Notes under the pieces: generated by a model
Databases searched by the model: none
Told to the model about the DNA's origin: nothing
The model's input: only the letters and a program-made list of their open reading frames with translations
Assembly (NCBI GenBank): GCA_002269645.1
Contig: NIVC01001274.1
Location: 62,001-126,000 of the forward strand
Length of the DNA: 64,000 nt
Direction of reading: 5' to 3'
Origin: Macrostomum lignano
Taxonomy: Eukaryota
Shown here: positions 1-10,212 of the stretch, one piece after another
Position numbering within the stretch: the first letter of the stretch is position 1
Layout of the letters: every line of letters begins with the position of its first letter
Position numbers and translations under genes: made by a program

Positions 1-58
1 TCGGCTGGCAAACGTCCCGCAGGCAAACGTCGGCTGGCAAACGTCCCGCAGGCAAACG
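1..58. repeat. 29-bp tandem repeat, 2 copies visible (may continue left of window)
   Basis: TCGGCTGGCAAACGTCCCGCAGGCAAACG at 1-29 and 30-58. Confidence 0.9.
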
Positions 59-174
59 TCGTAGACCCGTCCTCAACATGCCTCCGCTGCACCCGTTATC
101 CGAGCTGGGGCAATGAAAGGTGCCACGCACCTATTCAATGATAAATTTGTTATTAACTCCCCCTGACCTTGATG

Positions 175-428
175 AACAAGATCAGGTGACACGCTGCTCA
201 AGGTCAGTCATGCTGCAGACTAAGAAAGATCAGGTGACACGCTGCTCAAGGTCAGTCATGCTGCAGACTAAGAAAGATCAGGTGACACGCTACTCAAGGT
301 CAGTCATGCTGCAGACTAAACAAGATCAGGTGACACGCTGCTCAAGGTCAGTCATGCTACAGACTAAACAAGATCAGGTGACAGGCTGCTCAAGGTCAGT
401 CATGCTACACACAAAACAAGATCAGGTG
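175..428. repeat. 48-bp minisatellite, about 5 copies
   Basis: Unit GATCAGGTGACACGCTGCTCAAGGTCAGTCATGCTGCAGACTAAGAAA; explains the 16-aa periodicity of ORF 120..488. Confidence 0.95.
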
Positions 429-864
429 TGGCTGTTTCAAACGAAAGCTAATATCAGTTTAAACTCTCCCATTACAAGCTCGTATTAGCAGGGAACAAAC
501 GTTTTAGTCGCGACAGCCCCTGGATTGCCAGTTTTCTGCTAAAATTAAACCTTTAGACCAAAGTGAAACGAGGCACCTGACTGAATCACTTCCGAGTTAT
601 TTGCAAAATTTCACTAGCGTCATTGTTTGCTCAGTTATATGAGTCAAGCACTGAAGTCAAATTATCCAACCCCAGTTTATCTTAATTTGACAAATTCCCA
701 AGCCTAAAAAGCATTTTAGCCAAGCTCTAGGGCAAATATGTTTTGGTTAATTTATCAAATAAACAATCTTACCAAATGGAATATTGTCTAGAAAATAGAA
801 TAAGAGATTGAAACGGACAGACACCAACTTAACAGTTTAATGCAAACCAGATACGGTCCCGGGT

Positions 865-1154
865 GCACGCGAAGGCGTATTCAGCATGCCAGTGAAGTAT
901 GAGACAGACTAGGCCCATGGGCTAAGGTCTGCGATGCTTCACGCCTGCCCCCATCTTCAGCAGGTCAAGGCTGGTGGGAGGTCTGCACCCTCTATTTGCC
1001 TCTGGCAGCCGCAGACCCCCCCCACGCTGTCTCGCAAGTCGACCCAGGGTACTCGTCCCCGCGTGTGTTCAAGGCAGTCCCTAGGGCTGCTGGACAGACT
1101 GGGCTCCGGCGCTGGCGACCCTATCCAGTGGCTTCGGCCGAATTTGGGTATGCG
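865..1154 (+). ncRNA. HDV-like self-cleaving ribozyme (predicted) at the LINE 5' end
   Basis: P1 GCACGCG 865-871 / CGCGTGT 1060-1066 with G865.U1066; P2 ACCCA 1042-1046 / TGGGT 1145-1149; P3 GGG 1047-1049 / CCC 1057-1059; L3 TACTCGT; P1.1 AC 1051-1052 / GT 1067-1068; J4/2 C1139-GAA. Folded by hand. Confidence 0.7.
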
Positions 1155-1381
1155 GGTCTGGCTCGCCAACCTGCAGGCCGTGGTACTGCTCAACGTACTC
1201 TCTAATGCCTAAGGTGTTGACCGTGCCGATGGGCTGGAAGGCCGGGGAGTAGTCCGGTCGCAAGCGGTCCCCCTCCTGGTGTCGGGCCAGCCTTGAGGGT
1301 GCTATTGGCCTACTGCCCGGTCAGGTGGAGCGGCCGGGTGGGTACCGCGCCCCTTTGAGGGTAGCCCACCAACCTTTTATC

Positions 1382-2887
1382 ATGGCCTTCGAGCCGACTA
1401 TGGATAAACAAGCTATTTCTAGGGACGGGGACCCTTCTAAACCCCAACCTCAGTCCGAAGGACCGGCCGGCCCTGCTGGCAGATCCCAACCGACTGATTC
1501 AACTGTGGCAAAGGAAGGACCGGCTGGCTCTGCTGGCAGATCCGACCAGAGCTACCAAACTCAAAATACCCTAAGACCTGCCAGCTCCGCTGGTGGATCT
1601 AAGGGAACCGCGAGCTCTGAGCCTAAAGGACCGGCCAAATCTGGCAGATCCGATGAAGCTCAGCGGGCTCGGCTTGAGCGCAAACGCGCTAAACAACGCG
1701 CCAAAAGGCAGGCCAAGAAGGGAGCTGCGGGGGCCAAAGCGGCGGCGTCCACCATGGATGCTGAAGCGACTGGAGTCCCAAGGCAACCAGGCGGGCCGGC
1801 CGGTGGAAGCTCCAGTAGTTCAGCGGCGGCGCTCCCTGGAGCTGCTGCCGCGGCTGCTGAGGCCGAAACCACGGCGCAACAAATGGCCACTGCCAACAAG
1901 GAGGTTCCTTCGGGAGCTACCTTTGCGGCGAAGGCCAAGGCCAAAATCCCGGGAGTGATCATCCAAGGTCGCGACCAGGACTGGACCACTGATCAGCTTC
2001 AAAAAGTGTGGAGTGCTGTTGACTCCTATCTGATTGAGCTGACTGTCGAGGAGGGAATCTCCATCGGCGTTGAGCGGATGGTGCTGCGAAGCACATTCGT
2101 TCTTATTGCTCCTAGCAGCGAGGAGGACGCTCGGCGGCTGCTCCAGCGGCTACCGACGGTCTCCTTGGATGCTGACCTTGGTGGAGCTCTTTTTCTTCGC
2201 GAGGGCCAGCGTCCAAAGACGATACCCTATGTGGTTTTCGTCCCTGCTAAGAGCACCGCAGCTGGACCAGACGTTATTCGCCGGGTCCTACTGCGTCTGA
2301 ACCCCGACCTCCCTGCTAGTGGACTGGTGTATCACCGCAAAGTCCGCAGGGGGGAGACGGGCAACTCAATTGTCCTCGGCCTTTCCAGCACTTGGGCGAG
2401 TCGGTACCCTAATGGATCCTCTTTCCAGCTGGGTGCCCTCAAGCTCAAGTTGCGCCGAGGAAAGTCTGCCAAAGGGAAGGCTACTGCCAACCCCGGCATC
2501 TCCGGCAAGAGCGGGGCGCAGTCTAAGGCCCAAGGAAAGGCGCAAGCCGATCCCAAAGCCAAAGCTGCATCTCGCCCCTCTGCTAGCAGCAGTTCGGCGA
2601 CCGCGGTAACGGCTCCGGCCGAGCCCCGGGAACCAAACCTGCCAGTCGGAGAAGGAGTTGAGGACGAGGCCGGGTCTTCGGAATCCGAGCTCTCCTCGGC
2701 CACCTTGGTGGGGTCTGAAGGTAAAGATGCAGGTGAGGAAGCTTCCTCCATCCTGTCATCGGAGCCTGAGGACTCTGCTGGGGGGGCCGGTGGGGGTGAG
2801 GAGGCCATGGACGTCGACCAACTCCCATCTCCCAGTCAAGCCCCAGCGGCCTGGGACGAGGACGATCTGTTGTCCAAGTCTCCTTGA
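1382..2887 (+). CDS. LINE ORF1 (basic/acidic low-complexity ends, central DUF4780-like domain)
   Basis: Open frame 1325..2887, first ATG at 1382; lies between the 5' UTR and the APE-RT ORF; no cysteine, so no CCHC knuckle. DUF4780 resemblance is from recall. Confidence 0.85.
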   Translation: MAFEPTMDKQAISRDGDPSKPQPQSEGPAGPAGRSQPTDSTVAKEGPAGSAGRSDQSYQTQNTLRPASSAGGSKGTASSEPKGPAKSGRSDEAQRARLERKRAKQRAKRQAKKGAAGAKAAASTMDAEATGVPRQPGGPAGGSSSSSAAALPGAAAAAAEAETTAQQMATANKEVPSGATFAAKAKAKIPGVIIQGRDQDWTTDQLQKVWSAVDSYLIELTVEEGISIGVERMVLRSTFVLIAPSSEEDARRLLQRLPTVSLDADLGGALFLREGQRPKTIPYVVFVPAKSTAAGPDVIRRVLLRLNPDLPASGLVYHRKVRRGETGNSIVLGLSSTWASRYPNGSSFQLGALKLKLRRGKSAKGKATANPGISGKSGAQSKAQGKAQADPKAKAASRPSASSSSATAVTAPAEPREPNLPVGEGVEDEAGSSESELSSATLVGSEGKDAGEEASSILSSEPEDSAGGAGGGEEAMDVDQLPSPSQAPAAWDEDDLLSKSP

Positions 2888-2926
2888 TGGCCCTGGGCTC
2901 TAGCCAGATATTGCATTTAATACAGT

Positions 2927-5900
2927 ATGACTAAGCTCCACGCTGCCAAAGGAGCGACATTCTGTCTGCAAATAAATTTACAGCATTGCGTATCTGCGTC
3001 AGTAAATCTGATGAAGATTGCTGAGCTGTACAGGCCAGGCCTCATCCTGATCCAGGAACCCTGGATGCGCAACGGTAAGTTGCCCAACATTCCCTCTGGC
3101 TACTCTGATTTTTATGTGTGTGGCCCGGGGAACAGCCGCCCTAGAGCGGCTATCCTCGCTGCTAGCCATCTCCAGGCTTGGCTGAGGACTGATCTCTCTG
3201 ATGGAGACCTTTGCGTCATCCAATCTAATCATTTCTCTCCGCGTACGTGTCTTGTTGCCTCGGTTTATATCCCAGGCGACAGAGACCCTGCTCCCGAGAG
3301 TTTACTGCGCCTTGCGCAGTACTGCGAGTCCCAGAACGCTGAGCTGTGCTTAGGGGGCGACCTCAACGCGCACCACAAGCACTGGGGCAGCAAAGATACC
3401 AACACTAGAGGAGAGGAGCTTCTGGCCCTCATCTCTAACACAAACCTCATGCTCTGCAACCGCGGAGCACTCCTACCTTTAATAATGGCAGATGGACCGA
3501 GGTCCTCGACGCCACACTCGTTACCCCAAGACTCTTTGACAGAGTCAAGGAGTGGAGAGTCTGGTCTGAGGAGCCCTCCCTGTCTGACCACTGCTTTATC
3601 GCCTTTAATATCGCGGACACTAAAACCCAGTCTCCGATCACTTGGAGACGCAATATCCGCAACACTGATTGGGCGGCCTACAAGGCTGCCCTTGATCTGC
3701 ACCTGCAGGAACTCACGGACTTACGTCCGATTGAGACCTGCGAGGATGTGGATCATATGGCTGAGACGCTGACAGGTTGCATTATTGCAGCCTACGAAGC
3801 GGCTTGTCCTGCTCGCGCCTACAGAGGCAAGACCTCGGCGCCGTGGTGGAACCCGGAGCTGGGGAAACTCAGGCGGAAGGCCAAAAGCCTTCATCGCCGT
3901 GCCATGAAGACCGGAAACCCGGAGGACATGGAGCTTTTCCGGCAAGCCTCCCGCAATTTCAAATCTGAAGTGCGCAAGGCCAAGGAATGTAAGTGGCGCC
4001 AATTCTGCAATGAATTGGATCAAGACAGACCTACTTCTAGGCTTGTCAAGGCCCTTACAATGGACAAAATGTCCAAATTAGCCATGATCAAAAAAGATGA
4101 TGGCTCTCTTACTAAAGACCCTGAAGAAGTGCTTCAGCATATGCTTAGCACATTCTTCCCGAGGGTACCTACTGCTAGACCGGAGCCCAACCATTCGATG
4201 GATGGAGCCACCCTAGCGGCGGGCATTGTCACTGAAGACCTAATCGCTCGTGCGGTCAGAACCTTCAAACCCTTCAAATCTCCTGGACCTGATGGTATCT
4301 ACCCTGTTCTCCTTCGTGAAGCAGCCAAGATACCCTCGTTCCTGAGACTCACCCGCAATCTTATGCGGGCCTCTATCCAGCTGGGATACGTTCCCAAAAG
4401 CTGGACTGAAGCTCGAGTAGTCTTTATTCCCAAACCTGGGAAGGGTGACTACCAAAGCGTCAAGGCCTTCCGGCCAATTAGCTTAACGTCAGCAATGCTT
4501 AAGCTCACTGAGAGGCTTATTCTCTGGCGGCTGCTCTCCTGCGAGCTGACAGCGATGCCCCTCAGCAATAATCAGCACGCCTTCCGTACCGGGAGGTCGA
4601 CTGACAGCGCCCTGCATGCGATTGTCGAAAAGATTGAACGGGCGGTACTGGGTGACGGTTACGCCCTGGCTCTCTTTCTTGACATTGTTGGCGCCTTCGA
4701 CAACGTTATCTTTGAAGCGTTTCAGAGGGCCCTTCAAAATCGCAAAGCTCATGCTACCCTCATACGGTGGATCATGTACATGATCTCCAACCGTACGGTC
4801 ACTGCCCAACTTCTTGGGCAAACTGCCTCCACCAGAGTCTGTAAGGGTGGACCCCAAGGCGGAGTCCTCACCCCGACGCTCTGGAACCTGGTCATGGACG
4901 CTCTTCTGAGTGACTCCCGACCTGACCCCGTCTTCAAAGTCGGGTATGCTGATGACGTCACGGCCATTGTGGCAGGACCGTCTCCCAGCACGCTCAGGGA
5001 TCTGATGCAGAGCTTTATCCGCAAAGCAGAATCCTGGGCCAATGACAATGGTTTGGAACTCTCTGAGCCCAAAACCGTTGCCATTATGTTTACCAGCAGA
5101 CTACGCTGGAACATACGTCCTCTGCAGCTCTACGGCAGAGATATTGCCTTCGCGCACCAGACCAGATGTCTCGGGTCACACTTGACCACCGGCTCAACTG
5201 GTCCTTCCACGTGAAAGCAAAAGCTAAGCGTGCCTCAGCCATCCTGGCCCAGCTCCGACGAGCACTTGGCACTTCTTGGGGTCTATCCCCAAAGCGGCTT
5301 TGGTGGATCTATACTTCCGTAGTTAGACCTGCCATTACGTACGCCTCTGTTGTCTGGGTTAGCGCTACCCAGGTCAAAAGCCATGCAGACCTGCTCAACA
5401 CGATCCAAGGCAGAGCGTGTAGGCTCATCTGCAACGCCACCAGGTCCACGCCCTTTGCTGGCATGGGGGCCTTTCTTAATCTTCCGCCTCTTGACCTCTT
5501 CATCAGGGGTGAGGCGGCTAGAACGACGCGGCGTCTAATTGATGCCGGCGTCAAATTCATTTACATGAGAGCACCTGCTAAGCGGAACCTTGTCCCGCAT
5601 AGCGATCTGTGCCTCAACTTTCTCAACGAGTGTCAGGCCAATCGCGTCTTCACCGATGGCATTGCCTCAACGCTCAACCTGAGACAGCGCTACTCCGTAG
5701 CTATCGACTCGCGCGATAACATCAATGACCATTGGAACCCTGGTGAGCTTCATTGCTACACCGACGGTTCTAAGCAGTCAGCCAACACCGGCTTTGGTGT
5801 TGGAATCTTTCTGAACGGGAGGGTCATCGCTACCCACGCTCAATACACTGGGGTCAACTCCAGTGTTTTCCAAAATGAAGTTCTGGCCATCAGCTCCTGC

Positions 5901-6665
5901 ACTGCAGAGCTTCTCGCCACTGGCGTTACTGGTAAGAACATCATTTTCCATTCGGACAGCCAAGCTGCCTTGCACGCCATCAGTGGCTGCAGCACCAACT
6001 CTGCTACAGTCCTTGACTGTATCAAACTCCTCAATGTGTTGGGTTCCGCCAACAAAATTACCCTTAAGTGGGTTCCGGGGCATGTGGGGATCCGAGGAAA
6101 TGAGTTGGCTGACACCCTTGCAAAAGTTGGTGCCTCCGGCTCCTCTCTCGGCCCCGAACCTCTTGTCCCGATTCCTGGCTGTGTCATCGACTCGCGCATC
6201 AAAGCGTGGATCAGGACTCAGCACCGCTCGACTTGGGCGAACCGCACGAACTGCAGGCAATCCAGAGGCGCTGTCCCTCAGCCCTCTCACCAGCTCCGGA
6301 AGCTCCTCTTGCGCCTCTCGCGCAGAGACATCCGGGCTGCCACCATGACCCTCTCTGGTCACGGCTGCTTCTCCAGGCACCAGTACCTGCAGGGCAACGC
6401 CACCAACGCCACCTGTAGTTTCTGCAACTCAGGTGACGAAACCGCTGAGCATTTCGTCAGCATCTGTCCCGCCTTCACGCGGGCCAGACTCACTTACCTC
6501 GGGCCACACACATCTATTACTGAAGCGTGCAAACCCGAAAACTTTAATCAGCTCATGCGCTACCTTCGGGCCACCCGCAGGGCTGAACTCTCCTTTCCAG
6601 AGAGCACCATAGCTGCTGGCGACACTGGGGAACCTCCCTGGGCGGCGCCAACCCTCCGTCCATAG
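2927..6665 (+). CDS. LINE ORF2: APE endonuclease, reverse transcriptase, RNase H, CCHC finger; two single-base frameshifts
   Basis: APE (LQINLQH, IQEPW, GGDLNAHH, SDH in shifted frame), RT (PGPDGI, FRPISL, GGPQGGVLTPTLW, YADD), RNase H (YTDGS, SDSQAAL, WVPGHVGIRGNELAD), CSFC-x8-H-x4-C. Frames join at about 3464 and 5173. Confidence 0.93.
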
Positions 6666-6683
6666 CGACGCGTCGGCCGTTCA

Positions 6684-6725
6684 GGGACTAGCGGAATGGG
6701 CGCCCGCGCCTTCCCGCTGTGTCCC
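6684..6725 (+). other. LINE 3' UTR stem-loop
   Basis: GGGAC 6684-6688 / GTCCC 6721-6725; TAGCGG 6689-6694 / CCGCTG 6714-6719; GGCG 6699-6702 / CGCC 6707-6710; homologous motif on the minus strand at 60567-60635. Confidence 0.6.
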
Positions 6726-6935
6726 CTCCGGGACAGCCCTGCAGCTAAGTCAAAGTCACGGTCCCGGGTTTTAACTGCTCTTGTGCCAGAACACTTTATA
6801 TTTTTGCCTCATAAAAACTACAAATAAGGATTATATCGTTATTACTATAGCTTATCGTTAATCAAGTTTTGTTTTGATTTCTTGATTCAAAAGTTCTTCA
6901 AATCGAATCTCGTCTGATCACGACAATCTTCGCAT

Positions 6936-8440
6936 TCACTGGCAGGTGCCAGCAGCCAGCAGTCGCAGCGTCACCCATCCGTGTTCGCCAGCCGAGTTGC
7001 CTCCCGTGACGCCGGCGCAGTCGCTGCCGTTGCAGAACGAGCCGCCGCCGCCTCCGGCTTGATTGCGGCCCACACCGGCTCCGCCTCCGCTGAAGCCGCC
7101 GCCAGCTCCGGCAGCGCCCGGGGAGGTAGCGTTGCCGCCTCCGCCGCCGCCTCCACCGAAGCCGCCGTCGCCGGTGCCGCTCTCTCCGGCGCTGCCGCCG
7201 GCCCAGCCGTCGGCCAGACCGCCGCCTCTCTCGCCGTCGCAGGAGCATCGCCTTGGATTGACGGCCCTGCCAAGCCAGCCGGCGCCGCAGCCGCCGTGGC
7301 ACAGCAGTTCTTTAGTTTTGTTTGGTTCGTTGAAACCAGGCTGACCATTGATTCCTCCCAGTCCACTTTTGAGGATGTGATTACCATTCGAATCCGTACC
7401 ATTTTGGTCCCTTTTGCCGGAAACACCTGTAAAAATGTTTTATAAAAGTAGTCTGCATGAACAAGTAAAAATAGAGGCACGCTATTTTCAATTTTGTTAT
7501 CAATTAAAAACCCACCGTTTTTGCAACAGGAGCAGCCGCCGCCGCCACCAGCCGCAATCAGCAGCTGCTGATCCGCAGTCCGGTACACGAAGCTGCCTCC
7601 GCCGCCGCCAGCTCCCGATGTGTTCAAGTTAGCAGAGCCGCCCGCCTGCCCGACCACGATAGAGAGCTGAGTGCCGGCTGTCAGGTTGAAGCTGCCAGCT
7701 GTGACGGCGCCGAAACCTCCAAGACCCCCAGTGAACGGGTTGTCGCCGCCTTTGGCTCCGGCAACCACGATGCGGTAGCAGCCGGTGACGTTAATCAGAG
7801 CGAGCTGGATTGAGCCATTCTTGCCTGAGCTGCTGTCTGCGAAGTTCAGGTTCGATATTTGCTCGCTCATAGGATAAAAGCTGCCTTTAATTAAAACTAT
7901 AAGAACTCGAAAGTATCCAGCGATAGGGATTTGGATAGTCGTAGAAAACTTGAAACTTCACAAAGTATCTTCAGCAAATTTTGAACAGCTTTTCAGCAGA
8001 AGGTCTCAATAGTGCTTACTCAGAAAGGTTTGCTTCGAGTTCCTCGCAATTGTAGCAGCAAAGTCCTCAGCGACCCAGACTCTGTCTCCAGTTTCCGCTC
8101 CGAGATGCCGACTTACGTGAGCTCCTGGAGGTGCCGCAGACATCAGAGAGTCGAAGACGATGACAATTCGACAGATTTGCATCACCTTGTTGAGCACTGC
8201 CAGAACACAACGCTTTGCTTGGCACAGAGCCACGCACTCAATGCTGCTTGAAACTTCAGTCACGTTCGCGACGTCACTTTTGATGCTTGAGTTGAGCAGC
8301 ATGACTTCTGTTGAGGCGATGACGCGACCGACCTTCTGCTGGGATTCTTTGCCGGCTGTGACTGTGGAGCAGCAGTTCATGTGTGCTCTGATTTGAACAC
8401 TACTGTGTTTTGATGCTGGTTCGATTAATAAATTTGTCAC
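6936..8440 (-). CDS. PAN/apple-like plus ALK/LTK-type glycine-rich domain protein; exons 8440?-8020, 7884-7516, 7426-6936
   Basis: Two GT-AG introns (8019-7885, 7515-7427), both phase 1, join the frames. VSSSIECVALCQAKRC...ICRI (PAN-like); YRIVVAGAKGG, LSIVVGQAGG, GGGGGSFV, LLIAAGGGGG, GGFGGGGG, GGGFSGG, GGGGSFC (glycine-rich domain). Start codon uncertain. Confidence 0.8.
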
Positions 8441-9701
8441 ATTTCATAATAAAATGCAACAGCCAGCTACAAAATACTTCAAGTATGTATAGTTCATAGT
8501 AAGTGGGGTCGGTTCGGGTGCCCTGCAGTCCAAGTGCTATAAAGTAGTACAAGCAGGCGTTATGACGCTCTGGCAAAGAAGGAACTGCACTTTCTACTAG
8601 CCTAACAAGCTTAACGAAAAGAATGACTTGAAGCAGGCTGCTTACCAGAAGCTACGATAACAGTGCTCGGGTAGTACGCGCTCGAGGAACTCAATCGGTG
8701 CTGTTTCTTTCAGACTAATATTCGCTGATATCCGTCTTAATTTCTGATGTCCTTCTGACTCGTTCTGTTGGGGGTTTCCTATAGCTTTTTTACTAGCCTA
8801 ATCAAAGAAGTAGCCGAAGTTAATGGTTGCTAGGGCTGGTGGTGTAGTGATTGTAGTAAACCCCCCAACCACACTGACAAATCCGTACTTTTACATTACA
8901 TCGATGGATAACGACATCATACTTCGTCTGAACGTCGGTGCAATCGTGCAAATTTTTGAACGCATAAATTGTGAAGCTTGAAGAGTTAAACAAAGCATGA
9001 ACGGTTTTAACTGTCTTTCTTTAACAGCTGTCTTCTTTATGAAGAAAGCATTAAGCGAGCATTCATTGAAGGTGATTTGCGTTACCTTTTTAGAAGTTTT
9101 TTAGCTTGATAAATATATATTGAGCTATGATGGCTTCTTTAAATTTCTAACAAAGCTAATGAGAAATTTAGACAGCTCACCCGAACTTACCGCCACGAGC
9201 AACAAGTGAAGCTAAGCTGACCAAAACCAGCAGAGAAAACTTTGTGACCAACATTAAAGCAGAACAGTTGGGGCTCAGGTCCTGCAGGTGTGTCTGTCTG
9301 GTTCCGTCTGGGACCAAGAATTAAGCTTTCTCACGCCTGAATCGGTCGTCAATTTAAAAGCATTTTTTATTGACATCAAACAGGGGGTGGGGGGCTACGA
9401 AACCGCAGCGGATGTTCCATTAAGTCAACATCCACCAAGCTGCAGCTTCTTTATCGCATCCAGCTGCATTGCCCGTCAGTTTTGAGCTGCACCCTTTACT
9501 GTATCTTTGTGAGCAAATAGATGAGTAAAATGGTAGTTAATGGAGGGAGGACCATACCGGGAGGGAGAAGATGAAAAACAGAAATTTGTGAAAAAGCTTT
9601 AAGCAGCTAAAATATTCTGTCTCATTGCCTCCAGCGAAGCAAATAAAACACAAAAAATCATTCGGCCGAATATATTTCTTCCAACCAAAGAGATGTTCTG
9701 C

Positions 9702-9897
9702 CTGACTGACTGACTGAGTGACTGACTGACTGACTGACTGACTGACTGACTGACTGACTGACTGACTGACTGACTGACTGACTGACTGACTGACTGACTT
9801 GAGTGAGTGGGTGACTGACTGACTGACTGACTGACTGACTGACTGACTGACTGACTGACTGACTGACTGACTGACTTGAGTGAGTGGGTGACTGACT

Positions 9898-9948
<51 letters not shown>

Positions 9949-10212
9949 TGACTGACTGACTGACTGACTGACTGACTGACTGACTGACTGACTGACTGAC
10001 TGACTGACTGACTGACTGACTGACTGACTGACTGACTGACTGACTGACTGACTGACTGACTGACTGACTGACTGACAGACAGACAAACTGACTGACTGAC
10101 TGACTGACTGACTGACTGACTGACTGACTGACTGACTGACTGACTGACTGACTGACTTGAGTGAGTGGGTGACTGACTGACTGACTGATTGACTGACTGA
10201 CTGACTGACTGA
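9702..10212. repeat. (GACT)n microsatellite with TGAGTGAGTGGG interruptions
   Basis: About 510 bp of GACT units; source of the SVSQ ORFs. Confidence 0.98.

Larger units (their letters stand above)
865..6757 (+). mobile_element. Full-length non-LTR retrotransposon, LOA clade (Lian/Baggins-like)
   Basis: 12-bp direct repeat ACGGTCCCGGGT at 853-864 and 6758-6769 (TSD); ORF1 plus ORF2 with APE, RT, RNase H and C-terminal CCHC; short AAGTCAAAGTC tail. Clade assigned from domain order and motif style, not from a tree. Confidence 0.9.

Noticed and set aside
120-488. 122-aa ORF
   Set aside because: Translation of the 48-bp minisatellite; no domain or splice support.
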